The translations under genes and the position numbers were made by a program. DNA of 63,477 nt, the filler included, from Octopus bimaculoides (taxonomy: Eukaryota), in NCBI RefSeq assembly GCF_001194135.2. It is 4 parts of 4 records of this genome, joined end to end, with 100 filler letters (N's around TTAATTAATTAA, not from the genome) between each part and the next. Parts side by side here need not be neighbours in the genome. Positions count along the whole stretch, not along the records: positions 1 to 31,606 come from NC_068985.1; 3 more parts are not named here. One strand, given 5' to 3'. Every line of letters begins with the position of its first letter. Position 1 is the stretch's first letter. The notes below the pieces were generated by a model. The model was not told the DNA's origin. It ran no database searches and saw nothing but the letters and a program-made list of their open reading frames with translations. This document shows positions 1-12,530 of the stretch, piece after piece.

Positions 1-757
1 TATATATATTAGTACAGGGATTTATTTATTTTATATTTTATAATATATAAAAAAATCATTATTTTATACGTGTTTATTAAGCTGCAAAACAATTGTTAAA
101 TACAAGTATCCTTTGGTAAAATAAATTTTATCATAGTATATTTCTCTATTTATTTATAATTTTATAGACTCCTTGTGTTTTTCTTTTGTATCGTACTATA
201 TATGCTAAGTGTTTTGTAGAATGATATATAAAAGAGCTTTTTCCATGAGTACCACCAGATTAGAACTATTAAGTATCTCAAAACAAGGAAACACAAACAA
301 CAGAGTTCTGCACAGTTTCTGTGAACCAAATTCATTTAAGTTATTGATTAGCCTGAAGCTTGAGCCAAAGACACTTGCCCGAGATGCCGCACAGTGGGAC
401 TGAACCTGTAAGCACTGGGTTGCAAAATGAACTTAACAACACAGCCATGCTTGTGATAATTCAATTAATTTGTTGATTCATCAATTTGCTTTTCTTTTTT
501 TTTTTTTTCAAACAGTTATTTGAAATAAATTCTCTTTTGTTCAGCTGTGAACATACCAACCCTGCCAATTTAAAAAAAGCCATAATTCACATTAACTTGT
601 AAGGCAAGTGCAACAGGAAAAAAAAACAAAACAAAACTGCAATATGATCCATTGATTTCTTAAACACCCATTCAGCACTAAACGATCTCTGAATGTGCTT
701 AGTCACTTGAAATGAAAGAAGGTTATAGTGTATAAACAAAAGCATTATGATACAAAC

Positions 758-816
758 TTGTATTTACAGTGGTCCTCCAGTTTCACTTCCTCAGCTGGCT
801 TTTTGCCCAAAGTATC
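758..816 (-). CDS. POGLUT1: POGLUT1 coding exon 7 (59 nt); gene continues off the left edge
   Basis: gattgcag|GAT ACT TTG...TAC AA|gtttgt encodes DTLGKKPAEEVKLEDHCKY(K); human has [20 protein letters not shown]. Confidence 0.95.
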
Positions 817-1045
817 CTGCAATCAGACAATATTCCTGCTTAAGCATTTATATTATATTTCCGTGTGATATGATTAAAGCATAAATTGAAACTTTGAAAA
901 TTAAATCCTGGAGACAAACATTTAGTTATAATTTTTCATTCTACTTTGTAAATTTCCTATTAAAATTACATCTTTATGAAGTGAGCTACTTATCACATTT
1001 ATTACTTACCTAGACAGTTAGAGACCAGTATAGTATATATGTGTA

Positions 1046-1422
1046 TTGTTGTTGGCACTCCGTCACTTACGACGTCGAGGATTCCAGTTGATCCGATCAA
1101 CGGAACAGCCTGCTCGTGAAATTAACGTGCAAGTGGCTGAGCACTCCACACACACGTGTACCCTTAACGTAGTTCTCGGGGATATTCAGCGTGATACAGC
1201 CGACCCTTTGAATTACAGGCACGACAGAAACAGGAAGTAAGAGTGAGAGAAAGTTGTGGTGAAAGAGTACAGCAGGGTTCGCCACCATCCCCTGCCGGAG
1301 CCTCGTGGAGCTTTTAGGTGTTTTCGCTCAATAAACACTTACAACGCCCGGTCTGGGAATCGAAACTGCGATCCTATGACCGCAAATCCGCTGCCCTAAC
1401 CACTGGGCCATTGCGCCTCCAC
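1046..1422 (-). mobile_element. tRNA-derived SINE, young full-length copy with 12-bp TSD
   Basis: The minus strand starts GTGGAGGCGCAATGGCCCAGTGGTTAGGG (A box) and has a GTTTCGATTCCC B box. Flanked by TATATATGTGTA at 1034-1045 and 1423-1434; many CpGs retained. Confidence 0.85.
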
Positions 1423-1921
1423 TATATATGTGTATACACACAAACAAACAAACAAGAGAGCAGGCATTATCATCATCATCATTTAATGTTCAATTTTCTC
1501 TGTAACAAGGATCAGACAGAATTTGTCAAGGCAGATTTTCTACAACCAGAAGCCCTTCCTGTCACCAACTCACCTATTTCCAAACATGACCAGACATGTT
1601 CTTCATAGAAGACTGGAAATTAATGTCATTCCTTGTATACCAACGAAACCACATGATGTCAAGACAAAGGTACACACAAGGGCTTTCTTTCGATTTCTGT
1701 CTACCAAATCCACTCACAAGGCTTTGGTCAGCCCAAAGCTAGGATAGAAGATATTCATCCAAAGTACCATGCAGTGGGACTGAACCTAGCACCACATGGT
1801 TGGAAAGTAAGCCTCTTAACCACACAGCCAGTTGGAAAAGTGGGTGGTGGTCAAATTACTATGTTTAATTGAGATGGTTTCCTATACAAAAGAAAAACTA
1901 ATACTGCCGCCATCACTAATA

Positions 1922-2236
1922 ATTCTTTCTATTAAAGGTACGAGGCCTGAAATTTTGGGGGAGGGGACTAGTCGATTACATTGATTCCAGTGTTTCACAG
2001 GTACTTATTTTATTGACTCTAAAAAGATGACAGGCAAAGTCGAGCTTGGCGGAATTTGAACTCAGAATGGACAGACGAAATGCTGCTAAGCATTTTGTCT
2101 GGTGTGCTAATGATTCTGCCAGCTTGCTGCCTTTCAGTCACTAATAATAATCCATTCTTACTGAAGGCACAAGGCCTGAAATTTTGGGGAGGGAGCTAGT
2201 CAGTTACATTGACCCCAGTGTTTCACTGGTACTTAC
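1922..2236 (-). mobile_element. tRNA-derived SINE family A (GGTCGATAAAATAAGTACCAG-type core), one full and one partial copy in tandem
   Basis: Shares ggcagaattgttagc...ttctgagttcaaattccgcc...ggtcgatgtaatcgact with copies at ~6232-6415(-), ~8183-8395(-), ~11292-11510(+), ~17358-17800(+, two in tandem) and ~53190-53290(+). Confidence 0.75.
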
Positions 2237-2414
2237 AATGAAAAGAAAAATTCATTTAGCTCCATCCTTATCCAACAAAGTAAACATTTGTGACATTCTC
2301 TAAAGATCATTTAGAAAGAAGCAATTATTGCTTGAATAATAAACATTTGGTTTATTCGATTAAATGCCAACTACGTGACACCAAGCACCCCCACTCACAG
2401 TAATTACACCATAC

Positions 2415-2574
2415 CTCCATGGATTTCCAAGCCTGGTTCTTTGTATATTCAGCATCCACTAAATTCGGAGACTTTCGAGATAGCAAAATCAATGGATCTC
2501 TTTCAGAACTGGTACGAGACCCACGGAAGAAACCTTTGCTGATTTTCTTGTCCCAAGGAAATTCAGCAGCCTTT
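2415..2574 (-). CDS. POGLUT1: POGLUT1 coding exon 6 (160 nt)
   Basis: ttttctag|A AAG GCT...ATG GAG|gtatgg encodes [53 protein letters not shown]. It contains the FRGSRT..ERD motif of CAP10/GT90 enzymes. Confidence 0.97.
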
Positions 2575-5500
2575 CTAGAAAAAAGATATAAAGTTGGGTG
2601 ACAGAAAAATAAGTGCATGTGTACTTGTAAAAAGAACATGTCTTAAATACAGAAGCAGGAGGGGTGGGAGCAGAAATTTTAATAATTTCAGATTTAGAAA
2701 CAGTTTCGTAGGTAAGGTTTAGTCCATTATATCAACTCCAGTCCTTGACTGGCAATTTATTTCATCAAACCCAGAAGAATGTAAAACAAAGTTCCCTTCA
2801 ACAAGATCTGAACTGAGAATGTAAACTGCCAAAACAAATACTGCAAAGCATTTCCCCCAGATTTTCTAATGATTCTGTGGTAATTCACTCTCTGACAGAC
2901 ATTTTAATAATAAACAGAGACTTTTTATAAATTAGGATGAAAGTGTGTAACCTTAGCAGAAACTCTTGGTAACATTGAAATATTTGGTGTTCTAGTTAGA
3001 GATCATTATGTTGTTGCTGTTTTAACTTCCATGTGATCTCTGATCAAACAGACCTATGATCAGAGGCATTCCAGCTGTGACCATTTCGTCTTTCGAACAT
3101 GTCTGGCAACTAACTTGGTAAACACCCACAAAATTATTAACCATCGTGTCAACAACCACCTTGAGCACCTTTTGAGCTCCATGTATCTAACACACATGGT
3201 TATGCCTACAAAGTTAGAAAACAGCTGAAGCATGGAACAAACTACCTGCATCAGTTGTCAGTTGCCAAGACATTGCATCCTTTAAAACCTCCATGCTTCC
3301 TGAAATTCACCAACACTACACTTGATATCCCCCCTCCATACGCATGCACATATGTATATCATGACTCATACACTCTTCACTTTCGTATATAATTCTATGT
3401 ACTGTATATGCATCTTTGATAAGGTGTAGTGCACCTGAGCACTATACACAATAATTTCATCATTATTACTATTTATCTCAGACTACATTACTCATCATGT
3501 CCTTGCTTTCTTTTTAAACATGACAGGACTGTGAGTTGAGAAAAATTTGGCTGCTATTTCTAGCATGTTGAGTACAGACTACACATACAGACTTATTCAT
3601 TGGCATGTGATAAACAGATTATTGTTTAGCCCAAGGTCAGCCTTAATTAAGTAGACCTAATTAAAGGCATTCCAACCTGTATTTTCCCCAATGTGAAAGG
3701 AACCCAAGGTGATATTATCCAATGTATCCTTTTCTAAGCAAGTGTGGTTCATTTACTGTTAAGAGGTACAAGGCAACCTCACTGGAGGTGGTGCTATAAA
3801 ATGCACCCAGGAAACTCAGTAAAGTGATTTAGCAAATGAGTAAAGACAGAGCAAGTTCAAGGGTCACTTTAGTCTTGTCAAGGACAAGACAAACTCACTA
3901 GTGTTGGTGTCATGATAAAATGCGTTCAGTACTTTTAGTATTGGTAAAGGGGCTGGTGTTTTGAAGGGCATCCAGCTATAGAAACCAAGCAAAAATGAAC
4001 CATATAAGTAAGATGTGGTCCTTTGACTCATCTAAGAAAACAGCAACTCCCCCAAAAAGACTACAACTATGACAAGTCATCCAACCCAAGCCAATGTGGA
4101 AAGCAGACACAAATTAATGGTGATGATAAGACAGCATGATTTTGAAGGAGATCTGCTGCTATTTCCAGCAGATCTAGCAACCACAAACAGGCTTTCTTGT
4201 TGGCTTTGTCACTTACAGGGCATCGTATTTTGCTACAGATGGTCACAGTTTGGGAAGGAAAGACTGGAAATAATGTAATATAGATTTGATGAGAACAGGA
4301 CAGGTGGTTGTTTTAAAACCATTGTGTAACACTGAAAATCAATACATTGGTGAATAAAAGCCTGACAATCAGGTAAACAGATTTCTGTAATTTTGCACCC
4401 GAGAATGTTAGCGCATATCCACCCAACTATACAGCAGTACTCTACCGAGGAACACATTTTTGCATTATAGAGTGTAGTAACAGATCAGGGCTGAAGTATT
4501 TTCTAGCACTAAAGACAAAGCCCAGCTACTGGCATTCAGTTTTGGCTAGAACATAAGAGACAGTCTGACTAGCTTGTCAGAGGATACCTTCAAGATCTGT
4601 TTATGGATGCAGGACAAATGTGGCAAGGTGCCTAAGTTGTATGTGCATGCTATGTACAAGTGTGTGTTTGTGTGTAAGACTAAAGGAGGAATGAGGGCTG
4701 GCATGATATACATAACTACCTAGACAGTGTTGTTAGGTCACAATGAGCCAGTTATTTATGTAGAAACAACAATCTGAAAGATGTAACCAAGTCCAGAGGG
4801 TGGAGAAGGGTAATTTGAGAGATACAACTAAGCCCAGAGTGGGGGAGTGCAATGTGAGAGATACAACTAAGTCAGAGTGTGTNNNNNNNNNNNNNNNNNN
4901 NNNNNNNNNNNNNNNNNNNNNNNNNNNNNNNNNNNNNNNNNNNNNNNNNNNNNNNNNNNNNNNNNNNNNNNNNNNNNNNNNNNNNNNNNNNNNNNNNNNN
5001 NNNNNNNNNNNNNNNNNNNNNNNNNNNNNNNNNNNNNNNNNNNNNNNNNNNNNNNNNNNNNNNNNNNNNNNNNNNNNNNNNNNNNNNNNNNNNNNNNNNN
5101 NNNNNNNNNNNNNNNNNNNNNNNNNNNNNNNNNNNNNNNNNNNNNNNNNNNNNNNNNNNNNNNNNNNNNNNNNNNNNNNNNNNNNNNNNNNNNNNNNNNN
5201 NNNNNNNNNNNNNNNNNNNNNNNNNNNNNNNNNNNNNNNNNNNNNNNNNNNNNNNNNNNNNNNNNNNNNNNNNNNNNNNNNNNNNNNNNNNNNNNNNNNN
5301 NNNNNNNNNNNNNNNNNNNNNNNNNNNNNNNNNNNNNNNNNNNNNNNNNNNNNNNNNNNNNNNNNNNNNNNNNNNNNNNNNNNNNNNNNNNNNNNNNNNN
5401 NNNNNNNNNNNNNNNNNNNNNNNNNNNNNNNNNNNNNNNNNNNNNNNNNNNNNNNNNNNNNNNNNNNNNNNNNNNNNNNNNNNNNNNNNNNNNNNNNNNN

Positions 5501-6065
5501 NNNNNNNNNNNNNNNNNNNNNNNNNNNNNNNNNNNNNNNNNNNNNNNNNNNNNNNNNNNNNNNNNNNNNNNNNNNNNNNNNNNNNNNNNNNNNNNNNNNN
5601 NNNNNNNNNNNNNNNNNNNNNNNNNNNNNNNNNNNNNNNNNNNNNNNNNNNNNNNNNNNNNNNNNNNNNNNNNNNNNNNNNNNNNNNNNNNNNNNNNNNN
5701 NNNNNNNNNNNNNNNNNNNTCAGATTACTCTATCAAATATAATATTTATTCACATTGTTTTGTATTAATCCTGTATTATATTGTAGCTTTGAAATTTCAA
5801 TGATGTGATTGCTTAATTTTAGAAGGACGTTGTAGGGCAGGTGTAAGAAGCCACATCTCATTAGTTTGAACATGAAACAGGTGAAATATGTAGGCCTGGA
5901 TATGACTGGTTTAAACGTAAAAGAGTTAAGATTATTTCCATCACAAAGAAGAGATAGGAAAAGATGCACAGATTGAGAGACTCAGACAGACAGAGACTGG
6001 CTGGCAGGAACTGTGAATGGTGCATGAAGGTAGGTTTTCCAATTAAAAACAAAAATAGTAATTAC

Positions 6066-6187
6066 TGAGAAATGATCTTCCTTTGTTGATCCCATCTTCC
6101 AAGTCCTGTTGGATAGATAGGCCACACAGCAGGTCCACCTTCCCAAAATGTCCAAGCTGGATACATTATGTCCCAAAAATCACTCAC
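6066..6187 (-). CDS. POGLUT1: POGLUT1 coding exon 5 (122 nt)
   Basis: ttttag|GTG AGT GAT...TCT CA|gtaatt encodes [40 protein letters not shown]. The stretch [28 protein letters not shown] matches human POGLUT1 as recalled. Confidence 0.97.
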
Positions 6188-7304
6188 CTAAAATAAAATG
6201 AGAAAAAAAAAAAGCCAAAGAATTATAATATTGATTTCAAATTTTGGCACAAGGCCAGCAATTTCAGTAGAGGAGAGATAAGTCAATTACATCAACCCCA
6301 AAAGGATGAAAAGCAAAGTCGACCTTGGTGGAATTTGAACTCAGAACATAAAGATTGACAAAATGCTGCAAGGCATTTTGCCCAGCATGCTAACAATTCT
6401 GCCAGATCACCACCTGATATAATATTGTAATATTGCACTAAAGAGCATATGAATTTTACTCAAGCAAACCAGCTTAGAAAAGAGGACATAAACACAATAT
6501 TTTGACTATTAGCCAGATAAAACCACAGTAAATTAATCTTGAACTGTCTTCTACATGATTCAAGTATGATTTTTTTTTTTTTGGCTGATGATCACAAGCT
6601 TTTGGTGAGAAGTTTAGATTCAATTGTCTCCTGTACTTAATTTTAGTGATTCCCACCACCACAAGGACGAAAGAAAATGTCATACCTGCATTTCTGATGA
6701 AGTTTGAACATGGAACAAAAGGATATACTTAATTACTTCTAGACAATATACCTGATAGTCTTTCAAAATTCCCATCTAATACTACTGTCAAAGAGTGAAG
6801 TGGTTGTTTGATCCGCTAGAGATAGCAGTCAAATCTTCAAATCATACTGGATTGTCTTTAACAACACAGAACAGAGTCAACAATGGTCAACACAGCTCTT
6901 ATGTCTAACTATTAGGGGACGCAACATGGTTGACTACACCAGTGAGCCCCTTATCAGATCAATGGGATTAATTAACTGGATACCTGTAGCTTTTATGTCA
7001 CTATAATCTTTTACCTTTTAAAATCCTAGATGTAGTATTTCTGGAAATTAAACTGGATGGCCACAAATGGAAAGCCTTTGACCACAGCACAATCAGACCA
7101 TTAAATTGAGAGAAGCAAGGATGATCATGCCTTTCTCAGAGGCTTCAGTAATCTAAACAAAGCAGGACACATCTGACAACATAATCCTAGGCACATGATC
7201 AAAGGCATCCCAGTTATGACCATCTAACATTAACATCAGACATATGAGGGGATGCTGAAAAGTTCCTGGCTTTGGGTAAGGGTTAGGGTTATCTCAATGT
7301 TTAA

Positions 7305-7605
7305 AGCACATGACTCAGTGGTTAGAGCATTAGGTGAGTTTGATTCCTGGACCAGGTTGTGTTGTGTTCTTGAGCAAGACATTATATTTCATGTTGCTCC
7401 AGTTCACTCAGCTTTAGAAATGAGTAACATCACTGGTGTCAAGCTGTATCGACCTTTGCCTTTGCCCCTGGATAACATTGGTGGTGTGGACAGTGTGACT
7501 GCTGGTCATCCATAAAACAACCCTGTCCAGACTTGTGCCTCAGAGGGTATCTTTCTAGGTGCAATCCTATGGTCATTCATGACTGAAGGGAGTTTTTACC
7601 TTTTA
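7305..7605 (+). mobile_element. tRNA-derived SINE family B (ttgagcaagacac...cactcagct core)
   Basis: Head gcacatgactcagtggttagagc; homologous to the copy at 9166-9482. Confidence 0.75.
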
Positions 7606-8581
7606 TCTTTATTAAACAGATAATTGGAGCCTGGTGTAGCTCTCCAGCTTATCAGGTCCTGTCAAACTGTCCAACCCATGCCAGCATGGAAAGCAGACAT
7701 TAAATGATGATGATGAATATCCTATTTTGCACCAAAATTTTCTTTAAACCTCTTAGTTAGGAAGGAAGGCACTGTCTACAATCCTTTAAAGGGCCTCTAA
7801 ATGATAGGAGGAAATTAGAGACCAAACCAAATTGCTTACAACAGAGTGGACTCTGCTAACAGTACCTAAGGACCAGGTAGCAGAATTGAACTGGCCTTCA
7901 CAATGTCAAATAGCTGAACTGTCAGACTTTTTGTTTATGTAGGACATAATCTCATCACTTCTCAACTATGCCCCAACTATGAAGATACAGACACAGACAA
8001 ACACACACAGTGGGCTTCAGTACATTTTTTGTCTATCAAATTTTACTCACAAGACATTGATCAACCTGTGTCTACAGTAGCAGACACTTGCCCAAGGTCA
8101 TCATGCAGTAGAACTGAACCTGAAACTAATTGCTGGCAAAGTAAATTAACCACAGAACTATGTCTGCATCTGAGTACATATTTTTTTCTACTCTAGGCAC
8201 AAGGCCCGAAATTATTGGGGAGTGGGCCAGTTGATTACATCGACCCCAGTATGCAACTGGTGTTTAATTTATCAACACTGAAGGATGAAAGGCAAAGTTG
8301 ACCTCGGTGGAATTTGAACTCAGAGCATAAAACCAGACGAAATATCGCTAAGAATTTCGCCCGGTGTGCTAACATTTCTGCCAGCTCTCTGCCTTCTGAG
8401 TATATATTGAAAAAAAAAAATAAGTGCTACTTCAGCTTGACCTGCAAGTGATTGCTTCAAATAAAACTTCAAATAAAATTAAGAAATACAACTATCATAA
8501 CAAAAAGGTGAGATGATATAAGCTTACAAGTATATGAAGATATGAGTGAAATGGTTGAAATGAATGATTTTAACTACATAC

Positions 8582-8717
8582 CACTTTACTGAAGGAGAAA
8601 ACTGGTAATGGGTCGAGAAACTTCTGTACCCTGGGATAGTCATGTACATTGATGACCATTTCCATATCTGGAAGATCATCCAGTAGTTTCTTGATAAAGT
8701 GCTCCACACCACTGCAC
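8582..8717 (-). CDS. POGLUT1: POGLUT1 coding exon 4 (136 nt, or 133 nt with the alternative donor)
   Basis: tttccag|G TGC AGT GGT... encodes [44 protein letters not shown](V). Donor is GTG|gtatgt or AAA|gtggta. Confidence 0.95.
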
Positions 8718-8805
8718 CTGGAAAGAAAGTGAAAATAAAACAAAAACAGCAGTTAATAATCCTTCATCAAAATGTTGAAAATCCAAGTTTTAAGATACAT
8801 GTCAC

Positions 8806-9165
8806 AGATGTTCTGGGACGCATCATTAGGGATGTTTCTGGGGTGTCAGGGGGTACCAAGTCTTTCAACACGAGATTCCACTACTCACTTCCTCACCCAG
8901 TTAACCCGGTTAGGGTTAGGGTTGCATCCCAATAGCAAAAAAAAAAAGAAAAAAAACCCCCACTAGTATGCCCTTTTTATCGAAAGACAGCACCCAGTAG
9001 CCTTCTCTGCAGCTTCAGTGATGGAACTTGTAACCCTCCTCTTTGCTGCACCAATAACCCCAAGCCCAGTCAGAACTTTTGAGAATGAATGCCCCACAAA
9101 ACCTTGACAGCCTACTTCTATTGCTTCACAGTGTGCTTGCCAGTCCCAATTTCTGCACTGCTCAA
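8806..9165 (-). mobile_element. Remnant of a Hero-like RLE non-LTR retrotransposon (endonuclease C-terminus plus 3'UTR)
   Basis: ORF QCRNWDWQAHCEAIEVGCQGFVGHSFSKVLTGLGVIGAAKRRVTSSITEAAEKA resembles the RLE motif EC..GW.A.C.PVEVGCRGF...EAAE.AS. The downstream gggtgagg...gttgaaagac...aatgatgcgtcccag resembles Hero 3' ends as recalled. Confidence 0.7.
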
Positions 9166-9482
9166 GGTGCATGGCTCAGTGGTTAGAGCATCAGACTCAC
9201 AATCATGAGGTAGTGACTTCAAATCCCAAACCAGGCTCTGTATTGTGTTCTTGAGCAAGACACTTTATTTTATGTTGCTCCAGTTGACTCAGCTGTAGAA
9301 ATGAGTTGCAATGTCACTGGTGCCAAGCTGTATCAGCTTTTGCCTTTCCCTTGGATAACATTGGTGGCATCGAGAGAGGAGACTGGTATGCATGGGCAAC
9401 TGCTGGTCTTCCATAAAACAACCTTGCCTGGACTTGTACCTCAGAGGAGAACTTTCTAGGCACAATCCCAAGGTCACTTGTG
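9166..9482 (+). mobile_element. tRNA-derived SINE family B
   Basis: A box ggtgcatggctcagtggttagagc, then a cttcaaatccc B-box remnant, then the core gttcttgagcaagacactttatttt. Confidence 0.8.
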
Positions 9483-10410
9483 ATTGAGGAGGTGTCTTAT
9501 TAAGTATTTAAAACCCAAAATGTTCTTGAGTGATGCAAGTTTCATTCATTCATTTAACATGTGTTTTCTCCATGCTAGGAAGGGCTACATGAGGAAGTAC
9601 TTGAGGCAGAAACTTTACAGCTGGATGCTCTTCCCGCTGCAAGCTTTAACTGTTTCCCAAACGAAGGATTTTTCATTCTAGAGGAATTCAAAAGCACAAG
9701 ATGTCACCAAAGATTGCATGCAAACACACACACACTAATGTTTGTTTTTATGTTATAATAAAAACAAGTTTACATTAAATTGAAGGATTACTCAATCCTT
9801 ATTGTAGAGTAAAGATCTATTATTCTTTAGCAAGAATTGTATTGACATTTATTTCAAAGCTAAGTCGTCATCAGACAGTCCAATGATAGGCTAGCTAACT
9901 GAAACTTCAAAGTCATTGTCAATGTTATTCTTGCTAAAGACTAATGAATGAGTATATATAGGGGTTGGATAAAATAATGCAAACAGCTAGCATCATAATT
10001 TGTACTTGCAAGACAAAAAAACTTTTAAGAGGGGAGGAGGCATTGGAGGAGGTGATGAGACAAATACAGGTGTCTTGCTGTAGAGGAGGTACAAGGTTAC
10101 CCAGCTGGAGAGAGAAAGATCAGGAACGAAGACAGAAACAGGTATGCTACCGCAAAGAAAATACATGGTTTCCCAACCTGAGGGGAGNNNNNNNNNNNNN
10201 NNNNNNNNNNNNNNNNNNNNNNNNNNNNNNNNNNNNNNNNNNNNNNNNNNNNNNNNNNNNNNNNNNNNNNNNNNNNNNNNNNNNNNNNNNNNNNNNNNNN
10301 NNNNNNNNNNNNNNNNNNNNNNNNNNNNNNNNNNNNNNNNNNNNNNNNNNNNNNNNNNNNNNNNNNNNNNNNNNNNNNNNNNNNNNNNNNNNNNNNNNNN
10401 NNNNNNNNNN

Positions 10411-10731
10411 ATCATCATCATTTAACGTTCGCTTTCCATGCTAGCATGGGTTGGACGATTTGACTGCGGACTGGTGAAACGAGATGGCTACACCAGGCTA
10501 CAATCTTATTTGGCAGAGTTTCTACAGCTGGATGTCCTTCCTAACGCCAACCACTCCGAGAGTGTAGTCGGTGCTTTTACGTGCCACCAGCACAAAGGCC
10601 AGTCAGGCGGTACTGGCAACGGCCATGCTCAAAATGGTGTATTTTACGTGCCACCCGCACAGGAGCCAATCCAGCGGCAATGGCAACAATCCCGCTTGAA
10701 TGTCTTTACACGTGCCAGGAACGCGACGCTG

Positions 10732-10735
<4 letters not shown>
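10411..10735 (-). mobile_element. 5'-truncated RTE LINE (3'UTR only)
   Basis: (ATC)n tail followed by tttaacgt..ctttccatgctagcatggg...; same sequence as the 3' end of the RT-bearing copy at 33813-35545. Confidence 0.85.
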
Positions 10736-10765
<30 letters not shown>

Positions 10766-10973
10766 TGATAAAGGTTTTTCATTTAGTAAAGAGACTCCTG
10801 AAAGTTAAGATCAACATCATGCCATAAATTTACTGTTTACTACAACCTGTAGAAATATTAACTCAGTAAACCTACCTAGGAGTGAAGTGTGAGAAAATGA
10901 CAGGACAAGTCTGGTTATGAGTAACAACATCATCTAGTGGAGGTGGGGTATAGCTCACGCGTTTAAATCTTGC

Positions 10974-11013
<40 letters not shown>

Positions 11014-12269
11014 GAAGATAGAGATGAGACAAGTGACGTACATAAAAGAGAATAGTACAAGTATAGTATTACTAAGCATGATGACTAATGTAAACCAGTT
11101 GAAACTAATAGCAGTTAGTAAAAGAAGATAGGATCTTGTTAGGTGACAGGGTAGTGAGTATTACATTATGAGAGGTGACAGATTTGGGAGGGCAAAAAAA
11201 TTGCAAGTAACTTTATCTAGAAACAAATAAAAATAATAATGACTGTCAAAGAAAGAGGATTAAGACATCTTGTAGTATTTCAAGTGAGGGGTAAGGCAGC
11301 AAGCTGACAGAATTGTTAGCACATCAGGCAAAATGCTTAGTAGCATTTCTTCTGCCTTTATGCTCTGAGTTCAAATTCCACCTAAGTTGACAGCTTTCAT
11401 TATTTCAGGCTCAATAAAATAAGTACCAGTTGAATTCTGGGGTCGATGCAATTGACTACGTCTTTCTCCAAAATTGCTGGGCATGTGCCAAAATTTACAA
11501 TCAATACTTGAAATGAGAAGTATGAAAAAAAGTGCTAATTATTTAAGTGGAGTTATTTGACAGAAACATTAGAGGTTCAAGCAAAATATCCTATGGAATT
11601 TAGTTACAGGTCGTCACATTTTGAATCCAGTCCAAATTCTGCCACAGTTATTTTTGCCTTTCATCCTTCTAGGGCCAAAAAGGCCAGCTCTATTGACAAT
11701 TCTTAATTGTCCACTAACTCTAGGTTTTGAAATTCCTCTGGAATACAAAAAAAAAAACAGCTAAGGGTTGGTGACAAGACGAGCACCAGGCCCATATAAA
11801 TACCGCTGAAGTAGCTCCCCATCTAAACCTAGTATGGAAAAATGGACATCATAACAAATGAATGAACGAAAGAAAGCAATAGTTTCTTTCATATATTATC
11901 ATACGGTTTCTAAATTTTCAACTACATATTTTAATAAAATATATCAGTAATTTCTTAATTGACCTTCACTATGATACAGTTAAAACCATTAAAAACCATT
12001 GATGTAAGTCAATATAGAGAAGAAAGCATAAGAGACAGACAGACAAAATAAAGTCCTGTTTCATACCAGGACATGAATCAAAATAAAAGCAGATTCATTC
12101 CTGATGAAATAAAGTAAGTAGTGGGCTAAATAAAAACAACTACATTTTTATTGAAAGACCAGCTTGTCTTTGAAATGGCTATTACTCAGCCCCAAGGGGA
12201 GGGAGATATGTTCGACAAGTACCATTTGGTCTGTGGTGTCTTGGCATTTTTTTGTCTTTTCAGGTGAAG

Positions 12270-12530
12270 CCATGGTGCTGTGGACAATAGAGCATTGCAT
12301 GTTTGCCTATGACAGTTACATGAAGAGTAACGAGTCTGCCTACCCTGTATATTCCTTCCATGCACAAAATTCATAGGTGGCCTGGTTGTCCAATAATCAA
12401 TGAGAAAATTAGTTATCTATGAGGGTACTGAAATAAAAAGTCAAAGAAATGAAACCATCCTTCATTCTGAAAGAATTCAAAACTGAAAGCTCAGAGAGTC
12501 TTCAGCGTGTGGACAAACCTAATTTCCATT
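12270..12530 (+). mobile_element. Decayed Tc1/mariner transposase N-terminus (DUF4817-type HTH)
   Basis: MVLWTIEHCMFAYDSYMKSNES resembles M..WT.EHRVFAYDSFVKNNES; downstream CVDKPNFHY resembles GYVNKQN.RYW. Confidence 0.5.

Noticed and set aside
4800-5803. Long ORFs in the supplied track
   Set aside because: They are almost entirely N-gap (also at 9965-10444, 32251-32784, 48840-49407 and 61310-61553), so they are not evidence of coding.
6686-6738. Cryptic or poison exon in POGLUT1 intron 4 (donor CAG|GTATGA)
   Set aside because: The acceptor is weak, the segment is not needed for the reading frame and there is no supporting evidence.
7265-7290. Interstitial telomere (GGGTAAGGGTTAGGGTTA)
   Set aside because: Only about three units attached to a mariner-like TIR stub; too short to indicate a fusion site.
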